From Nitrospirota bacterium (GTDB taxonomy: Bacteria; Nitrospirota; Thermodesulfovibrionia; UBA6902; DSMQ01), in NCBI GenBank assembly GCA_016208965.1, contig JACQXB010000006.1, positions 58,262 through 122,261 on the forward strand: a stretch of 64,000 nucleotides of DNA. Direction: 5' to 3'. The notes under the pieces are model-generated. The model made no database searches and was not told the DNA's origin. It saw only the letters and a list, made by a program, of their open reading frames with translations. The position numbers and the translations under genes are program-made. Of the stretch, positions 31,439 to 40,691 are shown piece after piece (positions within the stretch are counted from its first letter, which is position 1; each line of letters opens with the position of its first letter).

Positions 31439-31560
31439 GTTTTCACAAGCGATGTTTGCAATCTGGTGGGTGTGTTGACTCTTGCAAGACACATGACAGA
31501 TTGCAAATGTTTCATAAAACGCTTGTGTTGTGTTATCTGCCCGTGCGGGCAGAAAATACA

Positions 31561-31824
31561 CTATTGTTTATAAACATCTCCTCTGCCTCCGATTGATTTT
31601 ATTTCAACAGTCTTATCTTTGACATTAACCTCATAGACTATCCTGAAAGCGCCCATTTCATAACGGTATTTACCTTCAAGTTCACCATGTAATCTTTTGA
31701 TATGCGGACCAGAAAGCGGTTCTCTGCTGAGATTATCAATGCAGTTATTTAGTCTTCGTTTGGTGTCTTTATCTTGTTTTTTGTAATACTTTTCTGCTTC
31801 GTGAGAGATAAGGACTTCATACAT
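31561..31824 (-). CDS. RelE/ParE-family toxin
   Basis: MYEVLISHEAEKYYKK...GKYRYEMGAFRIVYEV...VEIKSIGGRGDVYKQ. No intact antitoxin identified upstream. Confidence 0.65.
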   Translation of the reverse strand: MYEVLISHEAEKYYKKQDKDTKRRLNNCIDNLSREPLSGPHIKRLHGELEGKYRYEMGAFRIVYEVNVKDKTVEIKSIGGRGDVYKQ

Positions 31825-32011
31825 CTTCTCTAACCTCTGCCCACCTTTTAACCCTTCCAGCCTTAAAGTCCTCATCTCCTCTCATTATACTATTCAGAAA
31901 ATCTTTGTCTTTGAGAATTTCCTTTGTCGCCCGCTGAGGCGGACAAGCACTCTGTTATCTGCCGTTGCGGGCATTTTTATTTAAATGGTCGCTGTCCCTA
32001 TTTATTTTATA

Positions 32012-32118
32012 CAATTGTAATAATAGCAACCTCTCATTTTGCATTAGGAGGGAAGACCAATATTATGAAACTTCACAGGATTGGATGTTAGGTTTATGAA
32101 ATACAAAAACCAGATAAC
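32012..32118. repeat. Direct repeat copy 2 (duplicate of the pyk 3' end)
   Basis: See copy 1. Together they flank a 573-bp insert. Confidence 0.9.
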
Positions 32119-32430
32119 TTGTTCATAATAGCACCGAGTGCCATTTTGCTCCAGAATATTGGGATGCTATCAGCACTTGGTGCGGATATTTTCATTCTGG
32201 CAGAATTGCCAGATTCCCTTTTCCTGTCAAAATATCTCACTCACCACCTCCTTTCGCTAACTCAATGGTATGCTCCTGTATGTATCTCTGTTTGCCTTAA
32301 CGATATAATTAATTATTGCTTAAACCCCTTATGGTGTCAAGTTTTTCCTTGTACAGAACAATATAGTTTCTATCACATCTGTCCAAAATAAATTTTCAAA
32401 AAATAAAAAAATGATACTGTTACTAATACT

Positions 32431-32540
32431 TCCCCCCTTTGTAAAAGGGGGGTGAGGGGGGATTTTATGGATAAATGCTTCTGCTTAGAGTTTTTTATTT
32501 ATAAAAATCTCCCCTCCCCCTCTTTGCTAAAGAGGGGAAC
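32431..32540. repeat. Two degenerate C6/G6 palindromic elements, intergenic
   Basis: cttccccccttt gtaaaa ggggggtgaggggggatttt and aaaatctcccctccccctctttgctaaagaggggaac. Confidence 0.7.
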
Positions 32541-32703
32541 ATAAAAAAAAGGTGCAACCTGATTTTAAAAATATTGATTTACCCGTCTAAAACCCTTATG
32601 TTATAAGGGTAAGTTTTGTGGTTTTAAATTATCTTGGACAGCAGTGAGTTTCTATTAATTAAAAAAATGTTAAAATAGACTTCTGAAAAGGAGGTAGCTC
32701 GCC

Positions 32704-33921
32704 ATGAATATGCAGGAATTAATCAAGCCTCTTATACAAAAAAACAACACAAAGATTGTGCTTATTGTTCTTGATGGCGTTGGGGGGCTCCCTAATGCCT
32801 CGGGGAAAACAGAGCTTGAGTCAGCAAATATACCGAATCTTAATGCACTGGCAAGAGGGTCTGCATGCGGATTGCATGTCCCAATTGCCTATGGTATTAC
32901 ACCGGGCAGTGGTCCCGGACACCTTGGAGTTTTTGGATATGACCCAATAGAGAATCAAATAGGAAGGGGAATTTTGGAAGTCCTTGGTCTTGGACTTGAG
33001 GTTAAAAGGACAGATGTTGCTGTACGGTGCAATTATGCCACTATCAAGGGCGGAATTATCATAGACAGAAGGGCAGGAAGGATACCAACCGAGCAGAATA
33101 AAATATTGACAGATAGACTGCAAAAAGAGATGAGAAGAATTGATGAAGCAGAACTCATATTTGCCCCTGGAATGGAGCACAGGTTCGCTGTCTTAATGAA
33201 ATTCCCTAAGCCGCTTGAACCTGATACCGCGATGATAACCGATACAGACCTGCAAAAAGAAGGGGTCACTCCCATTTATCCAGCACCACTTTCAAAAAAT
33301 GCAGAGAAAGTATCGAAGATTGTTGAAAAAGTGATAAATAAGTCTCAGGAGCTCCTAAAAAATGAGGAAAAGGCAAACTATATTTTAATGAGGGGATTTT
33401 CAATCATGCCGCATCTAACACCATTTCAAGAGGCATTTGGATTAAATGCCCTTGCTATTGCCGCATATCCTATGTATAGAGGGTTTGCGAGGCTTGTAGA
33501 AATGGATACACCTTCTCTAAAAAAAGATGTTAAGGAAAAGATTGAGTTTTTAAAACAGAAATACAATGACTATGACTTTTTCTTTTTGCATGTGAAAAAA
33601 ATTGATTCCTATGGTGAAGACGGTAATTTTGAGGGTAAGGTTGCAAGAATAGAGGAGTTTGATAAACTGTTGCCAGAGATACTTAAACTAAAACCTGATG
33701 TGCTTATTATAACTGGCGACCATTCAACGCCATCGTTAATGCGAAGCCATAGCTGGCATCCTGTGCCTGTGCTTCTTAAGTCTCCTTATGTCCTTGGTGG
33801 TCTTTGTAATGGGTTCTCAGAAAGGGAGTGTATAAAAGGGGAACTCGGGATTTTTCCTACAATAAATCTTATACCTTTAGCCCTCGCAAATGCTGGAAGA
33901 CTCAAAAAGTTCGGAGCATGA
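32704..33921 (+). CDS. apgM: 2,3-bisphosphoglycerate-independent phosphoglycerate mutase, archaeal type
   Basis: 405 aa, metalloenzyme-superfamily ApgM-like sequence. Confidence 0.8.
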   Translation: MNMQELIKPLIQKNNTKIVLIVLDGVGGLPNASGKTELESANIPNLNALARGSACGLHVPIAYGITPGSGPGHLGVFGYDPIENQIGRGILEVLGLGLEVKRTDVAVRCNYATIKGGIIIDRRAGRIPTEQNKILTDRLQKEMRRIDEAELIFAPGMEHRFAVLMKFPKPLEPDTAMITDTDLQKEGVTPIYPAPLSKNAEKVSKIVEKVINKSQELLKNEEKANYILMRGFSIMPHLTPFQEAFGLNALAIAAYPMYRGFARLVEMDTPSLKKDVKEKIEFLKQKYNDYDFFFLHVKKIDSYGEDGNFEGKVARIEEFDKLLPEILKLKPDVLIITGDHSTPSLMRSHSWHPVPVLLKSPYVLGGLCNGFSERECIKGELGIFPTINLIPLALANAGRLKKFGA

Positions 33922-33936
33922 AAAACACCGCGTAAT

Positions 33937-34668
33937 ATGATTGGAAAATTACTGAGAATCCTCTTTCCAGAGCCCTGCCCTATTTGCAACAACCCACCCA
34001 AGAACCATAGGATTGCACCTATATGTCCTGTCTGCTGGGAAGGGATTTCTCCATATACTGGCCCTATATGTCAGGTATGCGGTAAACCCCTTGTTTCTCA
34101 AGAGTCTATAATCTGTGAAGAATGTATTATTGATAAACCATATTTTAAGATAGCGCGGGGTTTTGGGCTATACGATGGAGCTCTAAAAAAAGCTATTAAT
34201 CTCCTAAAGTATCAAGGGATAAAAAGACTTTCAAAACCTTTATGTGATATAATTTTCAGGATAAACCCCGCACCAGAGAAATCTTTGTGCGGGGTAAAAA
34301 TCCCCGATGTGGACTTAATACTGCCCGTTCCTCTTCACAAAAAGAGACTCATGCAGAGGGAGTTTAATCAATCAGCCCTCTTAGCTAATGGTATAGGGAA
34401 AAGGCTTGGAGTTAAGGTAGCTATTGACTGTCTTGCAAGAACAAAAAATACAATACCGCAAGTAGGTCTTAGTGGAAAGGAAAGAAGACAAAATCTGAAA
34501 GGTGCATTTGAGGTAAGGAACAAAAATCTAATTCATGGTAAAACCATTATGCTCATAGATGATGTATTCACCACAGGCGCAACAGTGAGGGAATGTTCTA
34601 AGGTCTTAAAAAAGTCAGGCGCAGGAGATATCTATGTTATTACCCTTGCAGATAGCGGGGGAGATTAG
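33937..34668 (+). CDS. comF: ComF-family protein (zinc-finger + phosphoribosyltransferase domain)
   Basis: N-terminal CPICNN...CPVCW and PRTase motif MLIDDVFTTGAT. Confidence 0.75.
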   Translation: MIGKLLRILFPEPCPICNNPPKNHRIAPICPVCWEGISPYTGPICQVCGKPLVSQESIICEECIIDKPYFKIARGFGLYDGALKKAINLLKYQGIKRLSKPLCDIIFRINPAPEKSLCGVKIPDVDLILPVPLHKKRLMQREFNQSALLANGIGKRLGVKVAIDCLARTKNTIPQVGLSGKERRQNLKGAFEVRNKNLIHGKTIMLIDDVFTTGATVRECSKVLKKSGAGDIYVITLADSGGD

Positions 34669-34765
34669 TGAATAAATGCAAAATTCAATCCCGACGCTTC
34701 GGGACAAAATGCAAAATTAATGAGGCACTATACAACAATAGTGCTTCATTAAGGGAATAGAGGTT

Positions 34766-35605
34766 ATGTTTAAAATCTTATATAAACAAACGCTCGCTCC
34801 AAAGATTGACATGATGGTGATAAGTGCCCCCTACATTGCAAGACATGCAAAGGCTGGAAACTTTGTTGTAATAAGGCTTAATAAAAAAGGAGAAAGGATT
34901 CCGCTCACCATTGCTGATGCTGATGTGGGAAATGGAACTATTACATTACTCTTTCAGAAAGTAGGTAAGACTACAGAAGCACTGGGGATGTTAAAACGAG
35001 GTGGTTTTATCAGGGATATTGCAGGACCACTTGGACATCCTACGCCAATAACGAAGTATGGGGATTGCGTCCTTGTAGCAGGAGGTGTCGGGGGCGCTAC
35101 ACTCTATCCTATTATCAAGGCTTTGAAGGAAACAGGTAATAATATAACATTCATTATGGGAGCTCGTTCAAAGGAATATTTGATTTGGGAGGAGAAATTT
35201 AAAAAAATTGCAGACGAGTGTATTGTTACCACAGATGATGGAAGTTATGGCAGGAAAGGATTGGTTACTGATGTACTGAAAGAGGTCATCCAGAATAAAC
35301 CTATTGCAATTGTAGTTGCTGTTGGACCTGTAAGGATGATGAAAGCAGTTTCTGAGCTTACAAAACCTTATGGGATAAAAACTATTGTGAGCCTAAATCC
35401 ATTAATGGTAGAAGGAACAGGCATGTGTGGCGCTTGCAGGGTAAATATCGCTGGGAAGACAATGTTTGCTTGTATTGATGGTCCTGAATTTGATGGGCAT
35501 GAGGTGGATTTTCAGGTGCTTGAAAATCGTCTTGGGTTTTATAAAGAAGAAGAAGAGAAGGCTTATAAGTTGTTTTTGAATAAACCACGTAAAGGCAAGC
35601 CTTAA
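34766..35605 (+). CDS. NfnA/SudB-like FAD/NAD-binding electron-transfer subunit (PyrK-like)
   Basis: 279 aa with C-terminal [2Fe-2S] motif CGACRV...C. Confidence 0.75.
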   Translation: MFKILYKQTLAPKIDMMVISAPYIARHAKAGNFVVIRLNKKGERIPLTIADADVGNGTITLLFQKVGKTTEALGMLKRGGFIRDIAGPLGHPTPITKYGDCVLVAGGVGGATLYPIIKALKETGNNITFIMGARSKEYLIWEEKFKKIADECIVTTDDGSYGRKGLVTDVLKEVIQNKPIAIVVAVGPVRMMKAVSELTKPYGIKTIVSLNPLMVEGTGMCGACRVNIAGKTMFACIDGPEFDGHEVDFQVLENRLGFYKEEEEKAYKLFLNKPRKGKP

Positions 35606-35691
35606 AAAGGATTATTAAGATAAGCCATGAAAGATTTGATCCCGCAGCAAGCTATTGCACAAAGGATTTTTTGATAAGACATCAAAAGGTC

Positions 35692-35922
35692 ATGATAGAC
35701 AGGGACCTTGCTGAACTATACGGAGTGGAAACCAAGCACCTTAACAGACAGGTAAGGCGCAATATCCAGAGATTTCCTGAAGAATTCATGTTTCAGCTTA
35801 CCATTGAAGAACGGAATAAACTGGTGACAATTTGTCACCGGTTCAAAACAATGAAACACTCAATGACTCCACCTGAACCAAAACGCAAAAGAATTGGATT
35901 TCTTAGGGAAAAAGAGAAATAA
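35692..35922 (+). CDS. ORF6N-domain (KilA-N-like) protein, probably truncated
   Basis: MIDRDLAELYGVETKHLNRQVRRNIQRFPEEFMFQLT. Confidence 0.55.
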   Translation: MIDRDLAELYGVETKHLNRQVRRNIQRFPEEFMFQLTIEERNKLVTICHRFKTMKHSMTPPEPKRKRIGFLREKEK

Positions 35923-36328
35923 TAGCGAAGTTTAAATAGAAATATGCCAGCAAAGAAAAAAGATAATTTAGAAAAAGAGAAACTCCTTGCTGAGATTGAG
36001 CGGTTAAAGAAGGAATTAAAGAAAAGAAAGAACGAATGATAGAAATGGAGCTAAAACTGTTAAAATTAAAAGGCAGAAAATAAGAGGACAAAAACTGCAA
36101 CTTGAGGGAGATGTAATACAATGATGTCTAAAGAAGATTTGATAAGTAATATCCTCTCTATCCCTTCTGATGAAAGAAGTTATTTATTTACCACAGATAA
36201 AAGTAAATAAAATGGAAATCCTTATTTTACAAGCAGTTTGGCTGAGTTTATTTTCCTGCAGGAAGAATAAGAGGCTGAACAGTAAGGCAATATGAACAAC
36301 AAAAACCAAAAACTCAAACTCACGTGGA

Positions 36329-36553
36329 TTGGCAGGGAGAATTAGACGAGGTGAAAAAATAGCACAGCGTGCACTTCTCTTTGGCGCAGATGATTTAAAC
36401 GGCACAGTCATAGAGGAAAAAATTACCCATTCTGCAGGCGCGCTTTCAGACAATACAATGACAAGGGCTGAACTGGTGAATTTAATAAAAAAGGCAGGCA
36501 AGGTGCCGGTGGAGAGGGATTCGTTTTATAGACCGGTAAAAAGATTTCCTTAA
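36329..36553 (+). pseudogene. C-terminal fragment of a radical-SAM MqnC/MqnE/CofH-like gene
   Basis: 74 aa reading GADDLNGTVIEEKITHSAGA...RAELVNLIKKAGKVPVERDSFY, a typical C-terminus of this family. No N-terminal part upstream. Confidence 0.5.
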
Positions 36554-36686
36554 TTGACATCTTTTGCCGTAAATTGGTATAAAATCATTGGATGGGAAAT
36601 GGCTTTTAGTTCAATAATAATCCTCTATGGTATAATTAAAGTATAAATATCTTGTCACCGATATACTATGTAACGGTATATTCAAC

Positions 36687-37259
36687 ATGATAGAGACCTC
36701 CACCATAATCGAAGCATTGTGCTATATCCTCAAGAAATTAAAAAAAGCAGATAAAATCAAACTCGTCAAGCTGATATACCTTGCCGACAAGTACCATCTC
36801 ATCCGCTATGGAAGAACTATAACAAATGATGATTACTACGCAATGGAACATGGGCCAGTAGGTGCAACCGTTAAGGATGTCCTCAGCTTTGACCATTTTA
36901 ATATTCCCCCAAAAACATTCAAATATCTCTCAACCTTAATAGTCAAGGTTGATGAGAATCATTTTAGAGTAAATCCTGATGCGAAAATTACCTTCGATAT
37001 GCTGTCAGATACCGATAAGGAAGCCCTTGATTTTATTATTGAAAAATTTGGCGGTATGAATTCATGGCAATTAAGAAATTATACGCAGCAGTATCCTGAA
37101 TGGTATCAATATGAAGATATGCTCAAAAGCAGGCTTACAAAAAGAGAGCGGATTGATACAAAGGAATTATTATATACAACAAGAAAAAATGACATTCTAC
37201 GTATGCCCCGCAAACACGTCAAAGAGTCAGAAAAAATTCTGACAGGTAAATTTGACTGA
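36687..37259 (+). CDS. Panacea-domain (DUF4065, SocA-like) antitoxin candidate
   Basis: LVKLIYLADKYHLIRYGRTITNDDYYAMEHGPV... matches the DUF4065 N-terminal pattern. Confidence 0.65.
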   Translation: MIETSTIIEALCYILKKLKKADKIKLVKLIYLADKYHLIRYGRTITNDDYYAMEHGPVGATVKDVLSFDHFNIPPKTFKYLSTLIVKVDENHFRVNPDAKITFDMLSDTDKEALDFIIEKFGGMNSWQLRNYTQQYPEWYQYEDMLKSRLTKRERIDTKELLYTTRKNDILRMPRKHVKESEKILTGKFD

Positions 37260-37261
37260 TT

Positions 37262-37708
37262 GTGGACTTCCCGCCGAATTATATTGCTAAAACTTTATCA
37301 GGCTTCTGTGTATGCTACTTCAAAAATACAACTCATGACCCCGAAGCGCCGCCACATTATCATATAACTGTCCCTATTAGTGACGATTCAAGCCTTTTAT
37401 TGTGTATTATTACTTCCCAAGTTGAAAACAAAGCATGGTATTACCATAAAACCAATGAGGAAGCAGAATCATGTCTTGTAAGTGTAGATAAACACGATTT
37501 ACCTTTCTTAAAAAGAAAGAGTTTAATTGATTGCAATCAACCGGTACTCATACACAAAAACAAGTTTAGCAAAATAATTGACCCTGACCATAAATTTGAA
37601 GTTGTAACTCGAAATATTCCAAAAGAAATCAAAAAGAAAATCGTTAAAGCAATAAAAGACAGCCCGATTGTGAAACCTTTTATTAAGAAGCTTATAAAGT
37701 TTCCTTAG
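37262..37708 (+). CDS. Hypothetical protein, candidate toxin partner of the Panacea antitoxin
   Basis: 148 aa, starts 3 bp after the DUF4065 stop. No recognisable motifs. Lys-rich C-terminus. Confidence 0.4.
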   Translation: MDFPPNYIAKTLSGFCVCYFKNTTHDPEAPPHYHITVPISDDSSLLLCIITSQVENKAWYYHKTNEEAESCLVSVDKHDLPFLKRKSLIDCNQPVLIHKNKFSKIIDPDHKFEVVTRNIPKEIKKKIVKAIKDSPIVKPFIKKLIKFP

Positions 37709-37813
37709 GAAGAATTAATCACTAAACAGAGTAGTCATATATTTGTTATAATCTTTGAAAATTAGAAAAGTTCTCTATCCGAGAATTATCATGCTCATCA
37801 ATGAGAGGATAAA

Positions 37814-39808
37814 TTGAATAAATCTGACTACAAAACTCCAGAAGAAAGAATCGGCACTGATGAAATCTTTGACATGGTCTTTAGGGATTCATCGGTGAAA
37901 TATGGCTTGCAGGAGTTTTCTAAGGATATCTTAAAAAGAATAAGTGCTTTTGAAAAAGAAGATGGTAGGTTTTATATACGTTGCTTAAAAAGAGATAAAG
38001 ACATTTTTGTTTATGACAGAAATAAAAAAATGGGTAAGCCGGAAGAAGTTATTCGCCAGCTCTGGCTTATAAAGCTAACCAAAGAATATAAATATCCTCT
38101 TGACAGAATAGAAGTTGAGAAATCAGTTCACTTTGGCAGAGAAATTAGAGAAAAATCAGCAGATATTGTTTTATATAAAGAAGACAAAATCACGCCGTAC
38201 ATCGTTTTTGAACTGAAGCAGCCTAATGCCAAGAAAGCAGAAGAACAACTGAAATCATATCTAAGCGCTGAAGGTGCAGAAGGCGGAGTCTGGTCTAATG
38301 GTATTGAGAAATTCATACTTTACCGCCCTTATCCAAAAGAATATATTACTGTCCTGTCAGACATTCCTAATGTTAATCAGACATGGGATGACCTTTTTGA
38401 AGAAAAGTGGACTTATGGTGACCTGAAGGACAAGTTTGATCTTTCTTTTATTATTTCCCGACTTGAGGAAATGGTTTTAGCACAGGCAGGCGTAAATGTA
38501 TTTGAGGAAGTTTTCAAGTTAATCTATGCCAAGCTATATGATGAAGACCAGGCAAAAGATGTACGGACAAAAGAAGAAGTTCATTTCAGACAGTATAAAG
38601 ACCCAAAGAAAACCTATGTAATTATAAATGATGAGCTTTTCAAAGGAGCAATTGATGAATGGCAAGGGATTTTTAATCCATTATCAAAAATTGATTTAAC
38701 TCCTGAACAGTTACAGATATGTGTTCCTTTTCTGGAAAAAGTTAAATTTTTTGACTCTGGAAGAGAGGAATTGGAGATAATTGACCGTGCCTTTGAGCAT
38801 TTGATTGCTGAGGTTTCAAAGGGTCAAAAAGGACAATACTTTACACCCCGCAACGTTATTAAGATGTGTGTCAAAATGCTTAATCCTAAGAAAGATGAAT
38901 ATATCATTGACCCTGCCTGTGGTTCGGGAGGATTCTTGCTTCACACTATGTATTGGGTTTGGGATAATGATTTAAAATCTGTCTCCTTTTCAGCAAAACA
39001 AAAATATGCTAATCGCTATCTCTATGGAATTGATTTTGATGATAATATGCGCCGGATTTCTCAGGCATTGATGCTAATTGCCGGTGATGGCAGGCATAAT
39101 ATCTTTAAACGCAATGCATTAGATGGAAGGGACTGGATAGGGGAACAGGCAGAGGAAGCACGGACACAGTTGAAACCATTATTAGCCAGACAATACGAGG
39201 AAAACCGCAAGACTTATCGTTATCTTAATTTTGACTTATTGATGACTAATCCTCCATTTGCAGGCGAGATTACTGATTCAGGCTTACTGCGTCAATATGA
39301 GTTTGCAAAGAAGAATGGAAAACTCAAACAGAAAGTAGAACGACACCTACTTTTCATAGAACGTTCCTTAGATGCACTCTGTCCAGGCGGAAGAATGGCG
39401 ATAGTCTTACCCCAGGGAATTTATAATAATACAAATATGGAATGGCTGAGGCTCTGGCTTTTTGAAAAGGCACGAATCCTTGCAGTGGTCGGTTTGGAAG
39501 GAAATACCTTTAAGCTCCCAGCTCCTGCAAAAGGCACAGGGACAAAGACATCTGTTTTATTTCTGCGTAAATGGGATGAAGATGAAAAGCCTTTAGAAGA
39601 TTATCCTATTTTTATGGCAGTGTCTAAAAAATCAGGTAAGGACAATTCAGGAGAGTATGTATATCTTAACGAGAAAGGGCACAGGATAAAATCAGAGGGT
39701 GGCATCTTTGAATCACATGAGAATTTAAGGCTTGATGACGATTTAGATGAAATTGCAGACGAATTTGTAAAGTTTGCAAAAAAAGAGAAATTTATGTGGT
39801 GGAGATAG
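37814..39808 (+). CDS. R-M enzyme A subunit: N-terminal HsdR_N-like PD-(D/E)xK nuclease fused to gamma-class N6-adenine MTase (BcgI-A-like)
   Basis: 664 aa. N-terminal KSADIVLYKEDKITPYIVFELKQP (D...ELK), then motif I IIDPACGSGGFLL and motif IV LLMTNPPFAG. No helicase motifs. Confidence 0.7.
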   Translation: MNKSDYKTPEERIGTDEIFDMVFRDSSVKYGLQEFSKDILKRISAFEKEDGRFYIRCLKRDKDIFVYDRNKKMGKPEEVIRQLWLIKLTKEYKYPLDRIEVEKSVHFGREIREKSADIVLYKEDKITPYIVFELKQPNAKKAEEQLKSYLSAEGAEGGVWSNGIEKFILYRPYPKEYITVLSDIPNVNQTWDDLFEEKWTYGDLKDKFDLSFIISRLEEMVLAQAGVNVFEEVFKLIYAKLYDEDQAKDVRTKEEVHFRQYKDPKKTYVIINDELFKGAIDEWQGIFNPLSKIDLTPEQLQICVPFLEKVKFFDSGREELEIIDRAFEHLIAEVSKGQKGQYFTPRNVIKMCVKMLNPKKDEYIIDPACGSGGFLLHTMYWVWDNDLKSVSFSAKQKYANRYLYGIDFDDNMRRISQALMLIAGDGRHNIFKRNALDGRDWIGEQAEEARTQLKPLLARQYEENRKTYRYLNFDLLMTNPPFAGEITDSGLLRQYEFAKKNGKLKQKVERHLLFIERSLDALCPGGRMAIVLPQGIYNNTNMEWLRLWLFEKARILAVVGLEGNTFKLPAPAKGTGTKTSVLFLRKWDEDEKPLEDYPIFMAVSKKSGKDNSGEYVYLNEKGHRIKSEGGIFESHENLRLDDDLDEIADEFVKFAKKEKFMWWR

Positions 39809-39811
39809 AAC

Positions 39812-40591
39812 ATGTTATTTTTTATAGATGAAAGTTGGCAATCAACTCAGGATGGCAAATACAAAGTCGGAGTGTTATCGGCGATTCAAATAAAAAGTCA
39901 TGATTTTAATGAGTGCTCCAAGCAGATATATGAACTTAAAATTAAAAATTTAGGATACCGTGCTGGAGATTTAGAAATTAAGGGAAGAGAAATTTTAAGA
40001 AACTATCTTTTTGAACTTGAGTCAAAAGGCATAAAATCAAAAGAACTAAATCTCGTTAGAGATATTCTTACCTATATGCAGACTTTAGGTATAAAACTTT
40101 TTGCTTCTATTGTATTCTCAAAAAAGGAAATTGATTTGGCTTGTGCTAATGTAAATCAACTTGAAAGACCATTTTTCTTTTTATTTGAACGCATAGATTT
40201 ATTTATGAAGGAAAATTATCCAGGACTTATGGCTAAGTTAATCTTTGATGATAGAGGGATACAATTCAATAAAAAAATATCAAAAAGTGTGAGTAATTTC
40301 TTCCATAAAAGTAGCATTGGCCAGGAGTTTGATACTATTATTAAAGTTCCTTTCTTTGCAATCTCCACAGAGAATGTAGGAATACAAATGGCAGATATAG
40401 TTGCTCATATTTTGGGTAGCAGATTTACAGGAGATAAAAAACAAATAGAATTTTTCAAGAAAGTTAAAAGTCTTGAGTTTATAAGCAGAACTCTTGTTGA
40501 TATAAGAGGAAAAATGTTACAACTCCTTGGATTTAAAGTAGTAAAAGAGAAAGAGGCTGGCGATTTATTCAGTCCGGGAAGAACTGTATAA
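39812..40591 (+). CDS. DUF3800-family protein embedded in the R-M operon
   Basis: 259 aa starting MLFFIDESWQ, the DUF3800 N-terminal signature. 3 bp after the A subunit stop and 100 bp before the S subunit. Confidence 0.6.
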   Translation: MLFFIDESWQSTQDGKYKVGVLSAIQIKSHDFNECSKQIYELKIKNLGYRAGDLEIKGREILRNYLFELESKGIKSKELNLVRDILTYMQTLGIKLFASIVFSKKEIDLACANVNQLERPFFFLFERIDLFMKENYPGLMAKLIFDDRGIQFNKKISKSVSNFFHKSSIGQEFDTIIKVPFFAISTENVGIQMADIVAHILGSRFTGDKKQIEFFKKVKSLEFISRTLVDIRGKMLQLLGFKVVKEKEAGDLFSPGRTV

Positions 40592-40691
40592 AACTATAAG
40601 AAAGCTTGAAAGCTCCCTACCAGCCTCAAACTTATTATAGCTTATGTTAGGGTAAAAATCAATAAATTTTAGCGGGTGAAATTTTAAAGAA

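Noticed and set aside
31876-31990. Antitoxin for the RelE cassette
   Set aside because: There are only short ORFs in different frames (MPATADNRVLVRLSGRQRKFSKTKIF and ...DFKAGRVKRWAEVREDV). They could be a frameshifted antitoxin but cannot be supported as one gene.
32119-32391. Cys-rich 90-aa ORF after the pyk repeat
   Set aside because: It starts inside the duplicated pyk tail. It has no motif or RBS and is probably non-coding.
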